Source: Nemertoderma westbladi (taxonomy: Eukaryota > Animalia > Xenacoelomorpha). Taken from it: a stretch of DNA of 64,000 bases. Location: the NCBI GenBank assembly GCA_032718475.1, contig JAUCBJ010009103.1, positions 260,733 to 324,732 on the forward strand, written 5' to 3'. The first letter of the stretch is position 1, and the number at the start of each line of letters is the position of its first letter. The position numbers and the translations under genes are program-made. Shown here one piece after another: positions 60,455-64,000 of this stretch. The notes beneath the pieces are model-generated. The model saw only the letters and a program-made list of their open reading frames with translations. It was not told where the DNA came from and searched no databases.

Positions 60455-60590
60455 ATCTCAGTTAGCTACTCGGTAAAGCGTCGGCCTATGGTTAGGATGA
60501 TGTGAAAGTACTGGGTTCGATCCGCGATCAGGTCTTTCTTAAAATTAGAATTCAAGTTGAGGCAGTTTCGTTTCCAGTCAGTTTGCTGGC
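60455..60590 (+). mobile_element. tRNA-derived SINE-like copy
   Basis: TAGCTACTCGGTA A-box-like, GGTTCGATCC B-box, and a GGCAGTTTCG motif shared with 61-160. Confidence 0.45.
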
Positions 60591-61769
60591 TTTTATTGAA
60601 AATAATCGTTACCGCAGCGCGCAATCTTATGGGATGGGTTGAATAACAGAATGGGCGTGAATTGTAATTTGTATTTTAAAACTTTTACTGTGATGATTTT
60701 AAAATGCCACATCACGTGGTCGTGGTTCGAATAATAGAAGCATTTGGTACATTACCAACAATAAACCATAAATAAGTGCCTGGGAGAAGTTATAATGGTC
60801 GGCTATTGCTGTAATCATTCATCATCCAACATATTCCACATAAGTATGTACAGTATGTACAGTACACAGCAAGGCACTAAATCATTAAATTATGCAGCAC
60901 ACCTTGGCGTACAGACAGAGACTGACAGAGCCGGTGAATGCATATACATTATAGCATGTTAGGCCCCTCCAGTAGGAGCCTATTCAACAACAAATTTAAA
61001 TGTTCCCATTACTGATTGGTTGGTGTTTGTTCTATAAGGATGTGGGAGTGTTGAATGACTGATTCCATTTCACATAATATAACGGTTTGGGATTGGTTGC
61101 GAGTGGTATAATGCAGTTCTAGTTTTATTGTATTGCACCTTGGGAAGCCAATTTGTGTAAAATGGCCCCTGCCACTAAATCAGCCGATGTTATTTATAAA
61201 CTCTCTGTATAAAATATATTCTGTCAGTATTTAACGAAACATTATTATTATTATTAGACTGTACAGGTAGTCTAATGGTGCAATCAAATCGTTTGTGATA
61301 TACAGTATTTTCATCAAAATTACATATGGATACTCTAATGATCATCATAGAGTTATGAATATTTTTTTTAATTTCATATGGTTATCAATATGCGAAAGTA
61401 CGAGTTTTTTGTTGTGTTAAAGTTTAAGGGGCTCACGAAATACATACATCCCTTTTTGAATAATATAACAGATTTTCAAAAGTTTTAATATTTAATTTTG
61501 TTCTCCGTTTGTTTACTTTAAATTTTACGAGATAAAGGAGTCTAAGAGTTGTAAGATATACAATTTTCGAGATCAGTTATTTAGCAAGATATGATCGTCA
61601 GTTAAAAACGACATGGTGCAGTGGTACAGTAGGTTTAATTTTGGTTACTATGATTTGGATAATTATTACAGATACACTATACAGCTCAGATAAGCTAAAC
61701 GTTTAATAAATTTAGGGCAGCCACGCGCAGTGGAGGAGATATTTATAACTATTTACATACTTGTGTGTA

Positions 61770-61872
61770 AAGTAGCACTTTACAGTGTGATGATCCGAGT
61801 GGCTTTGTTACACGAACGAACGTGAGTGAGTGAAAATAAGGCCACGAGGATCAGAACACTGTAAAGTACTTT
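61770..61872. repeat. ~100-bp imperfect palindrome
   Basis: CTTTACAGTGT..GATCC..GTGGC pairs with GCCAC..GGATC..ACACTGTAAAG. Confidence 0.7.
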
Positions 61873-62200
61873 GCATTTATGTAGTTTTATTCCAAAATTA
61901 AATTAATTTTAGTAATGAAATATATTTTTATTACGTGTTTATTTCATTCCGAGACAATGTCTAAATACCTATCAGTACAAACATAATAAATTACTGCACA
62001 AAGTATAGGTTACTGAAATACATATATTTCAACTAATGAGATACAACGATTGTTTGACTACCCATAATAAGCATTGAATTACCTATATATCCTATTGTAA
62101 AAGTTTCAGCCTACGTTAATATTGCCTAAACGCTAAACCTCGGCTGCAATGGACGCCTTGGTAAATAGGAATAGGTTTTTGGTATTTAATACTAAAAGTA

Positions 62201-63003
62201 TGGAAGGGTTTACTGTGGAAGATCACCCATGGTGGTGAACAGGCATTCCTTTAGGAAACAGAGTGGAAGGGTTTACTGTGGAAGATCACCCATGGTGGTG
62301 AACAGGCATTCCTTTAGGAAACAGAGTGGAAGGGTTTACTGTGGAAGATCACCCATGGTGGTGAACAGGCATTCCTTTAGGAAACAGAGTGGAGGGGTTG
62401 GTGAACAGGCATTCCTTTAGGAAACAGAGTGGAAGGGTTTACTGTGGAAGATCACCCATGGAGGTGTACAGGCATTCCTTTAGGAAACAGAGTGGAAGGG
62501 TTTACTGTGGAAGATCACCCATGGTGGTGAACAGGCATTCCTTTAGGAAACAGAGTGGAAGGGTTTACTGTGGAAGATCACCCTTGGTGGTGAACAGGCA
62601 TTCCTTTAGGAAACAGAGTGGAAGGGTTTACTGTGGAAGATCACCCATGGTGGTGAACAGGCATTCCTTTAGGAAACAGAGTGGAAGGGTTTACTGTATA
62701 AGATTACCCATGGTGGTGAACAGCCATTCCTTTAGGAAACAGAGTGGAGGGGTTGGTGAACAGGCATTCCTTTAGGAAACAGAGTGGAAGGGTTTACTGT
62801 GGAAGATCACCCATGGAGGTGTACAGGCATTCCTTTAGGAAACAGAGTGGAAGGGTTTACTGTGGAAGATCACCCATGGTGGTGAACAGGCATTCCTTTA
62901 GGAAACAGAGTGGAAGGGTTTACTGTGGAAGATCACCCTTGGTGGTGAACAGGCATTCCTTTAGGAAACAGAGTGGAAGGGTATACTGTGGAAGATCACC
63001 CAT
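62201..63003. repeat. 63-bp minisatellite (~13 units, two 42-bp variants)
   Basis: TGGAAGGGTTTACTGTGGAAGATCACCCATGGTGGTGAACAGGCATTCCTTTAGGAAACAGAG; variant pattern duplicated at ~355-bp spacing. Confidence 0.95.
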
Positions 63004-64000
63004 CATGGTTGTAGAACTGGCATTAACGAGCTTAACGAGCCTGAAAGATTCTCCCATTCAATACAAAAAGTATACCACATAGGAATCTGTGGTGCTGTAA
63101 TTGTGTGTGGTACTACTGGGGACGCAACAGATACTGAAATTCAAACGAACAAACGTCTTAAAATCTGTTATACGCTATTTCTTTTTCCTAACGATGTATT
63201 TTTCTTCAGCATCAAGTATGTATAATCTTGCTTCTCTGATTTGATTCTCTAGGTGGGATAAATATTTCTCCATTTGACGCAACACCGCCGCGGCCGCTAT
63301 GAGGGAGGTGAATACCGCGGCCGCTCCTAAAGCCGCAGGCCATCGCTAACTATATAGGTTAACTTGGGATTCTGGGGGACTTTTCGATGAAGGAACTGAC
63401 CAAATTTTTTTATTTTCTCACCAGGGGAGCGGCTCGGAATTCTAAGATATTAGCAACTCTAACATTATTAAATCTAACCCTTCGACGGACATGGCGGACA
63501 AAAAACCGTCATTTTTTCGACAATTTTAAAATTTTTTTGAAAGGCGCTCTACAGTGGCTCGAAAAAACCCTAGGTTATTGCTTAGCCGACGCCGGGATAC
63601 GATAGAAGGGATTAATTAGTGAATTCGTTTTTTTTTTCAAAAAAGATTACCACGCCTTTTTTCCGAAAATGTCCGTCAAATTTGAAAAAACGGACAAAAT
63701 GACTTTGCGGGATCCGCTATAACTCGGCTAATGTTAATCGTACGGGGACGAAAGTAACGCGGTTGGAAAGGGGAATAGTGGTACTACCTTCGTATCGAAT
63801 GGGGGTAAGATATTTATTAAAATTTCGGGTGGAAAAGGGGCTGTAAATTTGTACGTTTTTGTCCGTCTTTTTTGGAAAACTTATTTCCGAAATGTTTAAT
63901 TCGACAACGCGGGTAGGAATCCACTAATTCTTTTATGAAACTCGTAGAAGACCATTGGGGCTACTTTCCTATCGAATGGGGGTACAAAGAATATGTCGGC

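Noticed and set aside
63280-64000. Possible DNA transposon start with repeated ATCGAATGGGGGTA
   Set aside because: Runs off the window; no termini, TSD or coding evidence.

Overview
Eukaryotic (animal-like, intron-poor, repeat-rich) genomic window. Host genes: an intronless RPL35 CDS and a three-exon NDUFA10. The 34.6-kb intron 2 of NDUFA10 is built from about 285 copies of a 70-bp satellite, made from the exon-2 3' end plus its own splice donor, and a young 14.1-kb Bel/Pao LTR retrotransposon. That element has an extra non-env ORF encoding a DEDDy (WRN/EXD/Mut-7-like) 3'-5' exonuclease plus three CCHC knuckles. Its primer-binding site is complementary to its own LTR rather than to a tRNA end. 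A second, dissimilar non-autonomous LTR element (7718-18010, minus strand) shows the same self-complementary PBS geometry, which suggests tRNA-independent self-priming, possibly exonuclease-assisted. The second element sits in a LINE fragment and is itself interrupted by a CACTA/CMC-like Pack element carrying a decayed 5' fragment of host DCAF1/VprBP. The rest is LINE, SINE and MITE debris and minisatellites. All family assignments are by motif recognition from memory; no database search was run.
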